A stretch of DNA of 63,545 nucleotides, counting the filler, from Octopus bimaculoides (taxonomy: Eukaryota): the NCBI RefSeq assembly GCF_001194135.2. It is 7 parts of 6 records of this genome, joined end to end, with 100 filler letters (N's around TTAATTAATTAA, not from the genome) between each part and the next. Parts side by side here need not be neighbours in the genome. Positions count along the whole stretch, not along the records: positions 1 to 13,524 come from NC_068983.1; 6 more parts are not named here. The stretch is one strand, 5' to 3'. How positions within the stretch are numbered: position 1 is the stretch's first letter; each line of letters opens with the position of its first letter. A model generated the notes under the pieces. The model was not told the DNA's origin and did not search any database. It saw only the letters and a list, made by a program, of their open reading frames with translations. This document shows, piece after piece, positions 1 to 12,804 of this stretch. The translations under genes and the position numbers were made by a program.

Positions 1-64
<64 letters not shown>
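1..64. repeat. (CA)n microsatellite
   Basis: Perfect dinucleotide run. It is one of dozens of CA/TA/TATC/CATA runs in the window, which are not all listed. Confidence 0.99.
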
Positions 65-70
<6 letters not shown>

Positions 71-577
71 AACATACATACAAAGCATAAAGGACATGTA
101 CTTATCTTAAGTGAAATTATACAGCTTCATTTTATATAAGTACCAAATAGTTTTCTCTACTTTCCAAACGTTTAGAAAACCATTGCTAAGAAACTGTAAC
201 AACAAAGTTCATGTCTCTTTTTAAAGTTAGCATGGGTTAGATGAATACATTTTGTTTAGGACTTGTTTCAGTGATGGACTTCCTTCCTGTTGCTAACCCT
301 TGTCTTTCCAGGTGAAAGTTTTCATTCCACTTCTCTATTGGGTGATTTGCTGACAAGGAAATACCAACAGACAATGACATTTCATGTGATTGCAGAATGT
401 AAACATTCGCATAGATACACACATATGTACCCCCAATAAGAGTCAAAGACACCTCATAGCCACAATACCACACCATCTTATTTACTGACAAGGGAGACAA
501 GCTCCTTAAACACTGGGCATCTACGGTGATCTTATAAGCTGACAAGGTAAGCTGAGTTAACTTGAGGCATTGGTGAG

Positions 578-626
578 AGCCACTGACGAGCATTAATGTA
601 AATGTGAAATCACTGGTGATCTGGTT
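578..626 (+). ncRNA. Minimal type I hammerhead ribozyme (Penelope-like type)
   Basis: Helix I AGCCA/TGGTT; core CTGACGA (583-589); helix II GCATT/AATGT; GAAA (606-609); near-palindromic helix III ATCAC-TG-GTGAT; AUC cleavage triplet ending at 621. Confidence 0.8.
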
Positions 627-1692
627 AATTTTAGTTAAGTTTTGTTTATTTTCAGATCATTGAAATGGAATGTCAAGTTAAGGAAAACAAGCATTTTCAA
701 CATCTCCTTCTTTTTGCTTTTAATCAAGGTTCTAAGGCTGCAAAAGCTGCTCCCGACATTTGTGCTGTGTATGGAGAGGGTGCCATAGCTGAAAGAACCA
801 CTTGTGATTGGTATGCCAAGTTCAAAAATGGAAATTTTGACCTCAAAGACGCACCTCATTCTGGCCGTCCAGTTGAGTTCAATGAAGAGCGATTAAACCA
901 ACTTTTGCACGAAAATTCTTGTCAAACAACAAAGGAACTGGCAGAGAAAATGGAATGCTCCCACACAGATAGGGAAGCATCTTCACTTGATGGGAAAGGT
1001 TCAGAAGTATGGAGCATGGGTTCCACATTATTTAAGTGACAACAACAAAAATCAACAAGCTGTAATCTCTGCTGGTTTGCTTGCTTGTCACCACTTAACT
1101 CATGAACACAAGCAACGATTTCTTTACCGAATCGTTACTGGTGATGAAAAATGGTACCTGTTTATCAATATGAAGCAGCGTAAGGAATGGCTTGGCCCTG
1201 GTAAACAATGTTGTGCATATGGTGGGACTGGAAAGGGATTATCCATCATGAATTGCTTGAACGGAGCCAAATGATCAACGCGGAACTCTATGTTCAACAG
1301 ATGGAATGACTCAACACAGCTATTCAAGAGAAATGACCTAATCAGCAGCATGGAGTTCTTCTGCTGCACAACAATGCCCGCCCTCATATCACCAATATGA
1401 CCAAGGAAGCCATTCAAACGCATGGCTGGGAAGTGCTGCCACACTCACCGTACTCTCCTGATTTGGTACCAATGGACTTCCACCTCTTTCGATCTCTTTC
1501 AAATGCTACGCGTGAAGTTTTGTTCAATACTGATGCAGAATTGAGAGCTTGGTTGGATCAATTTTTCAAGTCGAAATCAGGTAATTTCTACCAACGAGGT
1601 ATTGAAAATCTTGTTGAATATTGAGAAGAAGTTGTAAACAACATGGGTGAATACATTATTGATTAATTAGTTGTTATTTTTTATTAAACCTT
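627..1692 (+). mobile_element. Decayed mariner (DD34D) transposase copy
   Basis: HTH N-terminus (665-), then WVPHYL, IVTGDEKW, CIWWDWKG, HNNARPH (second catalytic D changed to N) and YSPDLVPMDFHLF with 34 residues between the last two catalytic positions. It has frameshifts, stops and a short deletion near 1205. The right end runs into a gap. Confidence 0.95.
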
Positions 1693-1991
1693 TNNNNNNN
1701 NNNNNNNNNNNNNNNNNNNNNNNNNNNNNNNNNNNNNNNNNNNNNNNNNNNNNNNNNNNNNNNNNNNNNNNNNNNNNNNNNNNNNNNNNNNNNNNNNNNN
1801 NNNNNNNNNNNNNNNNNNNNNNNNNNNNNNNNNNNNNNNNNNNNNNNNNNNNNNNNNNNNNNNNNNNNNNNNNNNNNNNNNNNNNNNNNNNNNNNNNNNN
1901 NNNNNNNNNNNNNNNNNNNNNNNNNNNNNNNNNNNATGTAAAGCCCATTATTTATGCTTTTCTTATACATACATAAATACATACATAATTT

Positions 1992-2205
1992 TTTCTACTC
2001 TAGGCACAAAGCCCAGCATTTTTGGGGAGGAGGTATGTCGACTAGATCGACACCAGTATGCAACTGGTACTTAATTTATTGATTGCAAAAGGATGAAAGG
2101 CAAAGTTGACCTTAGCAGAATTTTAACTAAGAACATAAGGACAGACGAAATACTGCTAAGCATTTTGCCTGCTGTGCTAACGTTTCTGCCAGCTCACCAC
2201 CTTAC
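1992..2205 (-). mobile_element. tRNA-derived SINE, family A (central TTCATCCTTTCGGGGTCGATAAATTAAGTACCAG-like domain)
   Basis: Reverse-complement homolog of the copy at 48665-48914. Confidence 0.85.
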
Positions 2206-3064
2206 TAAATACATACATAATATTTCATTTTATTTTGGTTGAGCCTTGTGCTACACTGAGTTTCACCTGTCAATGTACAGGATCTTCATGCAAGTTGTGA
2301 CTGGGAAATTGTGGGGTTTGCACATTTATATATAGCTTTCTTGTCATAAGGTGTGATGGTGGAGAGAAAGTATAACAAGGGATGGAAGAAGGGGAAGGAA
2401 GTGAGCACAGTAATGGAAAGAAAAGAGACGGAAAAATATAGGATAGTAAAAGGAGGAGATGGAATAGGAAAAAGAGAGATGGAAGAATAGAATGGAAAGT
2501 GAAAGAAAAAATGGAAGAAAGAAAAAGAAAAATAGGAAAAAGGATAAAGTCATAGAAAAAGAAAAGGGAAAAGAAGAGGGCATAGATGTTTGAAGAATAC
2601 AATTGGATCCAATTGTATTCTTCAGATACTTATTCCCTCTTCTTTTCCATTTTCTTGTTCTATTTCTTTTCCTCTCTTTTCCTATTTCCTTTTCGCTTAC
2701 GTAAATTATAAAGAATGACCACTAATTTCAGGATATGTTCTGTAATTTTGTCCTTACAAAAACTTGGATAAACTTTAAGAATTTAAAAACTACCTCTTCC
2801 TTTTTTAGCCGAAAGGTTGCTTCTTGACGTAATACTCAGATCAAAGTTAAGAATTTGAAAAACTACAACCCTGATACATAGATACATGTGTGTGTATGTA
2901 TTTGTTTGTGCATGTGTGTGTATGTGAGAGGCTGCACATGCACATGTGTATTTATGCAAGAATTTGTGTATGTGTTACTTCAAGTATTTATGGAATGTGA
3001 AGTAGTATTTTTCACTGTGAATAATTTTGCATTTTGTATACTTTTTCTTGTGTTACAATGAGTG

Positions 3065-3066
<2 letters not shown>

Positions 3067-3139
<73 letters not shown>

Positions 3140-3150
3140 GTCTGTCTATC
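3067..3150. repeat. (TATC)n microsatellite
   Basis: Direct reading. Confidence 0.98.
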
Positions 3151-3889
3151 AACTGACCTATCCATGTAAATCATCTGTCACCTCCTCCACTGTCTATCAT
3201 CAGTACCAACATAACAGTTATTGGCAGCAAAATCAGTATAACCAACCAGCCAACTACCAATGAACCAAGTCTCTGATGACCAATAACGAAGGCAACAATA
3301 GTATGAACAAGATAAACTACTCCATTTAAAATAAAGGACCATCTCCTCATGATATAATGTGATGACTTATGGTTATTGAGGATAGACTTTAGACTAAAAT
3401 GGAACAAGAAAACAATTAACAAGAACAATATGTCTATTGCGAACCCCAACATTAACATTCACAATACCATGCATCAATACCAACACAAAAACCAATACAA
3501 CCAGCATCACCACCATTACCACTATCAATCCATCAACTTTTGAATAACCATCTGCCAACAAGAATAATATCATCAGAATGGTAGTAATGCCTGTTGCTAC
3601 ATATGTTGTATATCAAAATATATGTGCATGTATATTTGTGTATATGAGTGGAGTTCAAAAATTTTATAGCTCAAGTTAGAGATGGAAAGAATGAAGTGCC
3701 CATGAACCTGGTAACTCTTCAACTAACTGCAATCATACAGTACTTCATCCTACTTGGCTCCTCCACACTTTTAATTTATTTCCATTCTTACATCCATAGA
3801 AATAAGATAACAATATTTTGCTCTAACAAAACAGTCCATTCCTGGTGCTATTTTTTAAAACTACATATTTGTTTTGATTAACAGTTGGT

Positions 3890-4520
3890 AGATACCACCG
3901 TTGGATTTACCCACAATTCAAGGTGTCAGGAGAGAAGCCATCAAGTGGAACTGAAGGGTGCAGTATGAAAAGGAACTTTAAAAGGATTGCACCAGATATT
4001 AAACTTGATGTTTTAAAAAGGCTTGATGTAGGAGAAAAAAAATAAGGTATGTTGCCAAAATATTAACATTTGCAATGTCTACAATACATGATAATAGAGG
4101 GAAAATTATATTGAATGCTTGTCAACTGTATTCAGACCTTATATTCTAATAGATCATATGATGCTTAAAATTGAATGAGTGTATGGATTAAGGATCAGGT
4201 CTGGTATAGTGTGCTGTTAAGCAGGATAATAATTCAAGATAGCCTAAAGTTTGTATGATGAATAAAATAAAAATGGGTGAAGCTGAAACTTCTAATGAAA
4301 GAACGTTTTTGACTGGTAAAGGTTAGTTTGAAACTTTTAAGAAATGTTTGAATTTGCAAAAAAAAAAAAAAAAAAAAAAAAAAAGAAAAGAAAATGACTG
4401 GTGAAACCAGTAGAACCAATACTACTAATTATCTAGAGAAGATAAAAAAAAGAGATTGTTGAAGAGGGCTACACTTCAGAGCAAGTATACATTGCTGATG
4501 AAACAGCACCTTTCAGGAAG
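3890..4520 (+). mobile_element. Decayed Tigger/pogo (CENP-B-like) transposase remnant
   Basis: Fragmented translation: MKRNFKRIAPDIKLDVLKRLDVGE (HTH), VWIKDQ, KG*FETFKK, IVEEGYTSEQVYIADET (start of the DDE domain). A poly(A) run interrupts it near 4357-4385. Confidence 0.8.
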
Positions 4521-4842
4521 TTCATACATACATGCATAAATATATACATATACATACATACATACATACACACATACATACATACACACACACACATACA
4601 TACACACACATACACACATACATACAAATATATACATATATATATACATACATATATATATATATATATATAATTAATATATAATTAATATATAATTAAA
4701 TAAATTAAATAATTAAATAAATAAAAAATTAAATAATTTAAATAATTAAAAAATTTTAAATAATTATTACCTTTGATGGTTTTTATTCCCATGCTGACCA
4801 CTTGATAGGATCAATATTTTAAATATCGATCTTATCCTTATT

Positions 4843-4882
<40 letters not shown>

Positions 4883-4918
4883 CATACATATACATACATA
4901 TATATACATATATATGTA

Positions 4919-4973
<55 letters not shown>

Positions 4974-5109
4974 ATTTGCAAGTATGTTAGTATGTGTGTG
5001 AGTGTGTATCTCTATACTTGTCAACTGGTGTTGGTTTATTTACGTTGCCATAATATGAGGTTTAGGCACAAAGGTATCATTGAAATAAGTACTTGACTTA
5101 AAATATATA

Positions 5110-5275
5110 CTAGGGATCAAGTTGATTGACTAAACCTTTCATTTGGCAGCTGGGACTCATTTCAAGCTGAGTAGACAGAAGTAACATGAAATGAAGTACC
5201 TGCTCTTGGAATTGAACCCTTGACTTCATGATCTTTAGCTGAATACCTTAAACACTCACCCACATGCCTTCATGT
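5110..5275 (-). mobile_element. tRNA-headed SINE fragment
   Basis: Minus strand has a B-box-like GGTTCAATTCC followed by a body resembling the 11212 copy. Confidence 0.55.
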
Positions 5276-5819
5276 GTATAAAGAATAAAGAAGTATAAAG
5301 AATAAACTAATGTTGATGATGAAAATCAACAACACAGCTGATAAAAAATAGTGTTCAACAAACCAAACAGACATTAAACCCAGGGAGTTTTCATCTACTA
5401 ATTACTCAAATATTTTCACTTGATCAAAGTTTCTCAGCTCATTATATTACATATGTGAGATCCTAATGTATTTGTATTTTGTATATAGAACACTCCCCCA
5501 GGGTATTTTTCCACAGCGACATTATTGATATTACAAATATTTTACAGAGAATTCAGATCTCATGAATGCTATATTTGTGTGTATTTTGTTTTCTGATATG
5601 TGATTATGACATTCTCTAGCTGTCAACCAGAGCGTGCTTATACAACTTAGTATTCTCTCATCGACCTTACCAACTATGTCTCATCTCTCATATCAAGCAA
5701 TAAGCACTTGTGGTTTCAGATTTAATCTATTACTTGCCATCTTAAGTATCTTCTACTCTATATCATTGACCCATCTAATGCTTTGTGAGGGAACACCAAT
5801 GTATGTATATATATATGTT

Positions 5820-5852
<33 letters not shown>

Positions 5853-6648
5853 GTATGTATATATATATNNNNNNNNNNNNNNNNNNNNNNNNNNNNNNNN
5901 NNNNNNNNNNNNNNNNNNNNNNNNNNNNNNNNNNNNNNNNNNNNNNNNNNNNNNNNNNNNNNNNNNNNNNNNNNNNNNNNNNNNNNNNNNNNNNNNNNNN
6001 NNNNNNNNNNNNNNNNNNNNNNNNNNNNNNNNNNNNNNNNNNNNNNNNNNNNNNNNNNNNNNNNNNNNNNNNNNNNNNNNNNNNNNNNNNNNNNNNNNNN
6101 NNNNNNNNNNNNNNNNNNNNNNNNNNNNNNNNNNNNNNNNNNNNNNNNNNNNNNNNNNNNNNNNNNNNNNNNNNNNNNNNNNNNNNNNNNNNNNNNNNNN
6201 NNNNNNNNNNNNNNNNNNNNNNNNNNNNNNNNNNNNNNNNNNNNNNNNNNNNNNNNNNNNNNNNNNNNNNNNNNNNNNNNNNNNNNNNNNNNNNNNNNNN
6301 NNNNNNNNNNNNNNNNNNNNNNNNNNNNNNNNNNNNNNNNNNNNNNNNNNNNNNNNNNNNNNNNNNNNNNNNNNNNNNNNNNNNNNNNNNNNNNNNNNNN
6401 NNNNNNNNNNNNNNNNNNNNNNNNNNNNNNNNNNNNNNNNNNNNNNNNNNNNNNNNNNNNNNNNNNNNNNNNNNNNNNNNNNNNNNNNNNNNNNNNNNNN
6501 NNNNNNNNNNNNNNNNNNNNNNNNNNNNNNNNNNNNNNNNNNNNNNNNNNNNNNNNNNNNNNNNNNNNNNNNNNNNNNNNNNNNNNNNNNNNNNNNNNNN
6601 NNNNNNNNNNNNNNNNNNNNNNNNNNNNNNNNNNNNNNNNNNNNNNNN

Positions 6649-6880
6649 CCACCACCACCACCACCACCACCACCACCACCACCACCACTATTTAATGTTT
6701 GTTTTTCATGTTGGTACTGGTTGGATGGTTTAGCAGCAGCTGACAAGCTGCAGGGTTGCACCAAACTCCTGTATCTGCCTTGGCATGATTGGTTTCTATG
6801 GCTGGATGCCCTTCCTAATGCCAACCACTTTACATAGTTTACTGGGAGCTTTTTTTGTGCGCTACCAGTACCAGTTGGGT
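6649..6880 (-). mobile_element. SINE 3' part with RTE-like tail and (GGT)n end
   Basis: GGCTGGATGCCCTTCCTAATGCCAACCAC motif, reverse complement of 51790-52010. Confidence 0.75.
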
Positions 6881-7069
6881 TGCCAAATAATTTTCAAGGC
6901 AGAAAAAATATAACAATAGAGGATAAAGTCACCATGACTTGGTGGGGTGGGCTATTAGGGATTGAGAGGTAATTTTATACCAGGTGCTGAGAGGTTAAAG
7001 TATGATAGGACAAGCACAAGCACACGTGTCTAGCTACAGCAGAGATACACAGCTGCCCCACATTATAGT

Positions 7070-7180
7070 TGTTTTGATCTAGTTTGAATCCTTTGCCATC
7101 AAATTTGAATTCTTTGCAATCAAATTTGATTACAAAGAATTCAAATTTGATGGCAAAGCATCCAAACTCGATCGAAAACA
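7070..7180. repeat. About 110-bp near-perfect palindrome
   Basis: Core 7091-7158 is self-complementary with one mismatch (centre 7124/7125). The outer arms are imperfect. Confidence 0.9.
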
Positions 7181-7593
7181 TCTATATATAAAGGTGAGTA
7201 GTTGTAACTGGGAAGAAGATATCGTTTATCAAAAGTCTAGCTTAGAATTATACAAAGAATTTTGTTGAAATCAAATGAGTTCCAGTCACCAGTCACAAGA
7301 TTCATAAATATATTTTTAAGAGGAAGAAGAAACAAAACATTTATAAGTATTAATTCTAGTTATTAGAATTAGATATTATTTTGAAAATGATAAAAAACTA
7401 TAAAGAAACTTTATTTAGCAATAAACTGTAAACTGAAAAGCATTAAATTACCAATTCCCATATTTATAGATTATTACCAATTTAATTAGAAATAAGAAAG
7501 TAGTAAACATAATTTTCCTAGCTATTATATTGTCTATATAAATATCATATTTTTGCTGCTGGATAATTACATATATTTTATATTTTTTGCAGA

Positions 7594-7760
7594 TAGTGTG
7601 GCTGGGTGGTTAAGAAACTTGCTTGACAACCATATGGTTTCAGGTTCAGTCCCACTGCATAGCATTTTGGATGAGTGTCTTCTATTATAAATCCAGATCA
7701 ACTAATGCTTTCTGAGTGAGTTTGGTAAATGGAAATGCTGGTTCCCCAGATGAAGAGGAT
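7594..7760 (+). mobile_element. tRNA/CORE-type SINE (family B), 5' part
   Basis: GGTTAAGAAACTTGCTT...GGTTCAGTCCCACTG...GAGTGTCTTCTATTATA, homologous to 8588. Confidence 0.75.
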
Positions 7761-7999
7761 TGGTCTGCAAGACCCCTGTGCTGGTGCCATGGAAAAAGCA
7801 TGTATGTGTGTGTGTGTTTGTGTGTTTGTGTGTTTTGAGATTATTATTTTGCTTGTTGTTTAGATCAATAAACCTATGATCAAAGGAGTTCCAGCCGTGA
7901 CTATCCAATCTTATTTTCAGCTGACTGGATGTGATTTGAGAAAGATTTTGTTGCTACATTCTACAGGTTAAATAGCCATATAGAGGCTATCTTACTGAT

Positions 8000-8375
8000 T
8001 TGCATTGCTGAGTTACTGAGGATTGGCTAATTGTGTTGCTGAGTTACTGAGCACTTGATTATTTGTATTGCTGAGTCACTGAGCACTTGTTTCTTCTGTA
8101 TTGCTGAGTTATTGAGCACTTGGTTATTAATATCGCTGAGCTACCGAGCACTTGGTTATTTGTATGACTGATTTACTCAGCACTTGGTTCTTTGTATTGC
8201 TGAGTTACTGAGCACTTGGTTATTTTATTGGTGAGTTACTGCACACTCTTTTTGTAGTGCTGAGTTACTGAGCAGTTGGTCATTTGCATTGCAAATTACT
8301 AAGCATTTGGTTATTTATATGGTTGAGTTACTGAGCACTGGGTTATTTGTATTACTGAGTTACTGAGCACTTGGA
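8000..8375. repeat. Minisatellite, about 32-bp unit, about 12 copies
   Basis: Unit approximately TATTGCTGAGTTACTGAGCACTTGGTTATTTG, head-to-tail, with no unique spacers. Confidence 0.92.
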
Positions 8376-8587
8376 TATAAATAAAAATGTTCTTCCCTGA
8401 ATGTTCTGTGCTAGTCTCTGAGGCAAGCACACAAATAGATATATTCACTTCAGTCTGTTTGTCTGACAAGGAAGTTACACTCTAGCTTACATGATAAAGT
8501 GGCTCTTGACAGAATGGCCACCCAACAGTTAAAAAAACAAAAAAACAAAAACAAAATGAAAAAGACATTGCTTAAAGTAATGAGTAT

Positions 8588-9160
8588 AGGCATGGCTCTG
8601 TGGTAAGAAACTTGCTTCCCAACCACATGGTTCAGAGTTCAGTCCCACTCTGTGACACTTTGGGCAAGTGTCTTCTACTATAGCCTCAGGCCGACCAAAA
8701 GCTGTCAATGGATTTGGTAGATAGAAACTGAAAGAAATCCTTCGTATATATATATATATATATATATTTTTTATATATATTACATACAAAGGGGTGCTGA
8801 AAAGTTCCTGGTTTTGAGTAAAAGAAAATACTAGAGGATCAGTTAGTTATTATTTTATTGAACATATTCCCCTCTCAAGTTCATGCACTCCTTGCACTAG
8901 TTCTTCAGTTTTTCTAAGCCCTTTAAAAGAACTTAGAAGGTTGGGCCTTCAACCAGACTTTTTGTGACACCCTTAAAGCCAGGAACTTTTAGTACTTCAC
9001 CCTATATCTATGAGTGTGTGTATGTGTGTGTGTGTGTGTGTGTATCTGTGTGTGTGTGCATGTGTATGTGTGTGTGTTTGTTTGTCTTTGTGTTTGTTCT
9101 CCCCCACCACTGCTTGACAACCAGTGTTGGTGTGTTTACATCCCTGAAAATTAGAGGTTA
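8588..9160 (+). mobile_element. Family B CORE-type SINE with internal microsatellite, interrupted by a MITE
   Basis: tRNA head and TTGGGCAAGTGTCTTCTACTATAGCC core, then TA/GT repeats, then the tail start CCACCACTGCTTGACAACCAGTGTTGGTGTGTTTAC. Confidence 0.8.
8785..9005. mobile_element. Mariner-type MITE, about 220 bp
   Basis: TIRs GGGGTGCTGAAAAGTTCCTGGTTTTGAG / CTTAAAGCCAGGAACTTTTAGTACTTCACCC with TA flanks. Confidence 0.75.
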
Positions 9161-9464
9161 GCAACATTCAAGATGAGGACACCAGTTTGACTAATGTAAA
9201 TAGTGTACATAATTCTGAACCACTCAGGATATTTTTGTCCTTAAGCAAGATCTTTCATTTCATGTTGTTTCAATCAACTCAGCTGTGAATGAATATTAGC
9301 GAGTTGCTGGTGAAACCCTTTCCTCCTCCAGCTGTCACATCCTGGATGTTCTGCTGGGTTCAAGGTGAGGGGGACAACAGGGTCTATCTCTCCTCACTAC
9401 TACTGAGGCCCCTAAAACAATAAGTAAAAGCATGGTGCAATTTTATTTATTTATTTATTTATGC

Positions 9465-9735
9465 ACCCGTTTAAAGCCTAACCAGGCTTGTGGGCCCAGT
9501 TTCTCAGTTTCTATGGCATATGTGTCCCCCCCCCACCAGCTGGACGTGATGCCAGTCCATTGCAGCTTTACTCAAGAAACAGGAAGAAAGAATGAGAGAA
9601 AGTTGGGGGAGAAAGAGTACAACAGGGGTCACCACCACCCCCTGCCAGAGCCTTGTGGAGTTTTAGGTATTTTCGCTCAATAAACACACACAACGCCCGG
9701 TCTTGGAATCGAAACTGCAATCCTCCGACTGCAAG
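9465..9735 (-). mobile_element. tRNA-headed SINE (another family)
   Basis: Minus strand GTTTCGATTCCAAGACCGGGCG B-box-like head. The body contains CTGGACGTGATGCCAGTCCAT. Confidence 0.65.
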
Positions 9736-10524
9736 TCTGTTTGCACCTCCACATGGTGCAATTTACTCGTCCATGATTATTCATAAGTGATTGCTGACAG
9801 TACTGCACATGCAGCAATAATGGTGAAAAAATTCCTAGAATTATGGTATACAGTTAGCACTGAAATTATTTTTGACAATTTACAGCAAGAAAATTTATAC
9901 ACACACACACACACACATGCTTCCTTTTATTATTGGAAAAAAAACAACAACAACAAAATACAAAACAATAAACAGAAAACAAAACAAAAACAAAAACACA
10001 CAAAGAAACAATCTTTGAAATGTCAAGCTATTCAATGAAGATCAAGGCATTTAAAATCTAAGAACCAATTTTTGTTACTTTTCAAATTTCACCGATATTA
10101 GTTTGAACATTTCTGAACATATGAGAGAAATAACTATGTAGCTATGGACATAAAGAATTTTAATATTCCAAATCCCAACAGACATAAAATATCTCATTAG
10201 CAGACAAGAGGAAAATACAAATGATAGAATATGAATGTGTGTGTGGGTGCGTTTTTGTTTGTATATGTATATATACACATACATATGCACACACAGGCAT
10301 ATGTATTTATTGATGCAGAACAATTATATATATTGATGCAGAACAGTTACACATATTTTCACATGTATATATGTATATATATATATACACACACACATAT
10401 ATATACATACATACACATGCACACATATACACAAACACAGATATATTATATATATATACATGTCCATTTCTGTGTGTGTGTACATGTATTTTCTATCTTT
10501 ATGTATGTGCCTTTTGTTCTTTAA

Positions 10525-10720
10525 TTCTGTTACATGTTTCAGTCAATGGACTGTCGTCATACAGGGGTGTCAGTTTGAAAGGCTTAGTCAAATAAATCAA
10601 CATCAGTACTTATTTTAATTTAGGTATTTACTCTGTCAGTATCTTTTTGGTAAACCACTAGGTTATGGAGATGTAAATAAAACCAACAGCAGTTATCAAG
10701 CAGCATAGATACAAGCACAA
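10525..10720 (-). mobile_element. Family B SINE 3' tail (diverged)
   Basis: Homologous to the TACTTGTTTCAGTCATTTGACTG...GGAGCACC tails at 20865 and 47245. Confidence 0.65.
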
Positions 10721-10741
10721 AGATATATATGCATACACACA

Positions 10742-10804
<63 letters not shown>

Positions 10805-11211
10805 TCACATACACACACACACATAAACACACATATCCATGTATAGAAATACACACACAAACACACTCACATGCACACTCATACTAACATACACACACAT
10901 ATGTTTGAGGAAAGATTTTTCTTAAATCAAAAATTGTTAATTAGATAATGTCCTAGAATATGTGTGTCTGAAAAGCTGTAAATAGTGAAAGCGCTTAACA
11001 CAGTACAAAAAATTTCTCCAAAAAGGTTTTATGTCATTCTGTTTTTATAAATTTTCTAATATAATTTAATATGATTAAGGCTTTTTTAAATATTAGTAAA
11101 TCTTTCTTCAAATATTGTGACTGTATCAAGTATTCTTTGTTAAAACAGTTTTTAAATCTTTGTGTACATGTGGGTTTTTAAATCTATGTGTACATATATA
11201 TATGTATGTGT

Positions 11212-11530
11212 GTGTGTGTGTGGTTAAAAAGTTGTTCTCATGATTGCCATATCATGGGTTCGCTTCCTGGACCAGGCAGGAGGTTGTGTTCTTGAGCAAA
11301 ACATATCCTTTCACTTTCCTCTACTTCACTCAACTGGAAATGGGTAACCCTGTGATAGAGTAACCTTCTGATCAGGGGGAATGTTGTGCTGCTCACCCAG
11401 CCAATGGGGTGGCATCATTCGAAAGCTAAAATGTTGTGAAGTGCAATGTGAACAGCAATTTATAACATCTGATTGTCTGGTCAATCATGTGATCACGTGA
11501 TACATATGTATTATCATCATTTAACATCCA
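11212..11530 (+). mobile_element. tRNA-headed SINE
   Basis: GGGTTCGCTTCC B-box-like motif, then TGTGTTCTTGAGCAAAACA core-like motif. Confidence 0.6.
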
Positions 11531-11800
11531 CTCTTCAATGGTAGCATGAGTTGTTGGACTTTATTTGAGGCAAATTTTCTATGGCCAACTGCCTTACATT
11601 TTAGTGACTTCCATAATTCATTGTATCAGTTGGAAGATAGAAGAGAAGTGAGTTTGTTAAATCCATGGTCTTATAATTAATTAGTTTCATAATTCTACAT
11701 CTATCCCTTAGAAGGTTACATTACCTCTAACTTATACCTTACACAACACATATATGTATATAGCTGAAAAAAGATTAGAGATTTATACAAATCTAATTTT

Positions 11801-12175
11801 TATATATAAAAGATGGAGGTGAAAATAGCTCAGTGGTAAGTCTAAGACATATCAATTTAATAAAAATGATTTAAAAATTATATAAAGAAAATATAACCAG
11901 TTTCAGTGTATCTTATCTTATTGAATATCAGTAAAAGATTTATAAAAATATGAAGTAAAAACAGTTTATCTTTTGTCTGGGGGTCAAGAACATGTCTGGA
12001 GATTTTTAGTTGAAGTCTCCTTTAAATATTGTTTGGTATAAAGTTCAAAGTGTTAGAGAGTGAGAGAAGGGGTGTCTATTGTCTAAAAGAAATCTTTGTG
12101 TGTTCCTGCCAAGGGAATGGCTAAAAAGCATTTATTAAATGGGTTTTATGTATCCACCTGTGTATGTGTGTGTGT

Positions 12176-12217
<42 letters not shown>

Positions 12218-12720
12218 NNNNNNNNNNNNNNNNNNNNNNNNNNNNNNNNNNNNNNNNNNNNNNNNNNNNNNNNNNNNNNNNNNNNNNNNNNNNNNNNNNN
12301 NNNNNNNNNNNNNNNNNNNNNGAAAGAATTAGGATTTTTCTTTGGGTTAGATGTATTTTTTTGAGTGTCTCTACCTGTGTGTATGTGTGTGTGTGGTCAC
12401 CGGCTGTGTGTATGTTTGTGTGTAAATGAGATGATAGACACCCCTTCTCTCACTCTCTAACACATTGAACTCTATACCAAACTATATTTAAAGAAGACTT
12501 CAATGAGAAATCTCCAGATATGTTCTTGACCTAAGACAGAAGATAAACTGTTTTAACTTCAAGTTTTTAAAAAGTTTTACTGATATTTGATAAGATAAGA
12601 TACATCAAATCTGGTAATATTTTCTTTACATAATTTTCAAATCATTTTTATTAAATTCCCTCTTAAATTGAAATGTCTTAGACTTACTTCTGTGCTATTT
12701 CCACCTTCATCTACATATAT
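11801..12720. mobile_element. Foldback/MITE-like element with about 280-bp inverted arms
   Basis: 11801-12080 is a diverged reverse complement of 12436-12720. The spacer holds (GT)n and a gap. Confidence 0.75.
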
Positions 12721-12741
12721 GTTATATATATTACCATCACC

Positions 12742-12775
<34 letters not shown>

Positions 12776-12804
12776 ATATATATATTTATATAAAGAAATC
12801 ATTT

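Noticed and set aside
4495-4505. CTGATGA hammerhead core
   Set aside because: It is part of the Tigger ADET codons and has no helix II/III. The same applies to cores at about 28930 and 33955 within LINE coding sequence.
5634-6837. Long ORFs of 200-450 aa here and at 17 kb, 47.5 kb, 51 kb, 59 kb and 60.5 kb
   Set aside because: They are open only because they cross N-runs and microsatellites.
8000-8375. CRISPR-like regular repeats
   Set aside because: The units are head-to-tail with no unique spacers, no cas genes are present, and the context is eukaryotic.
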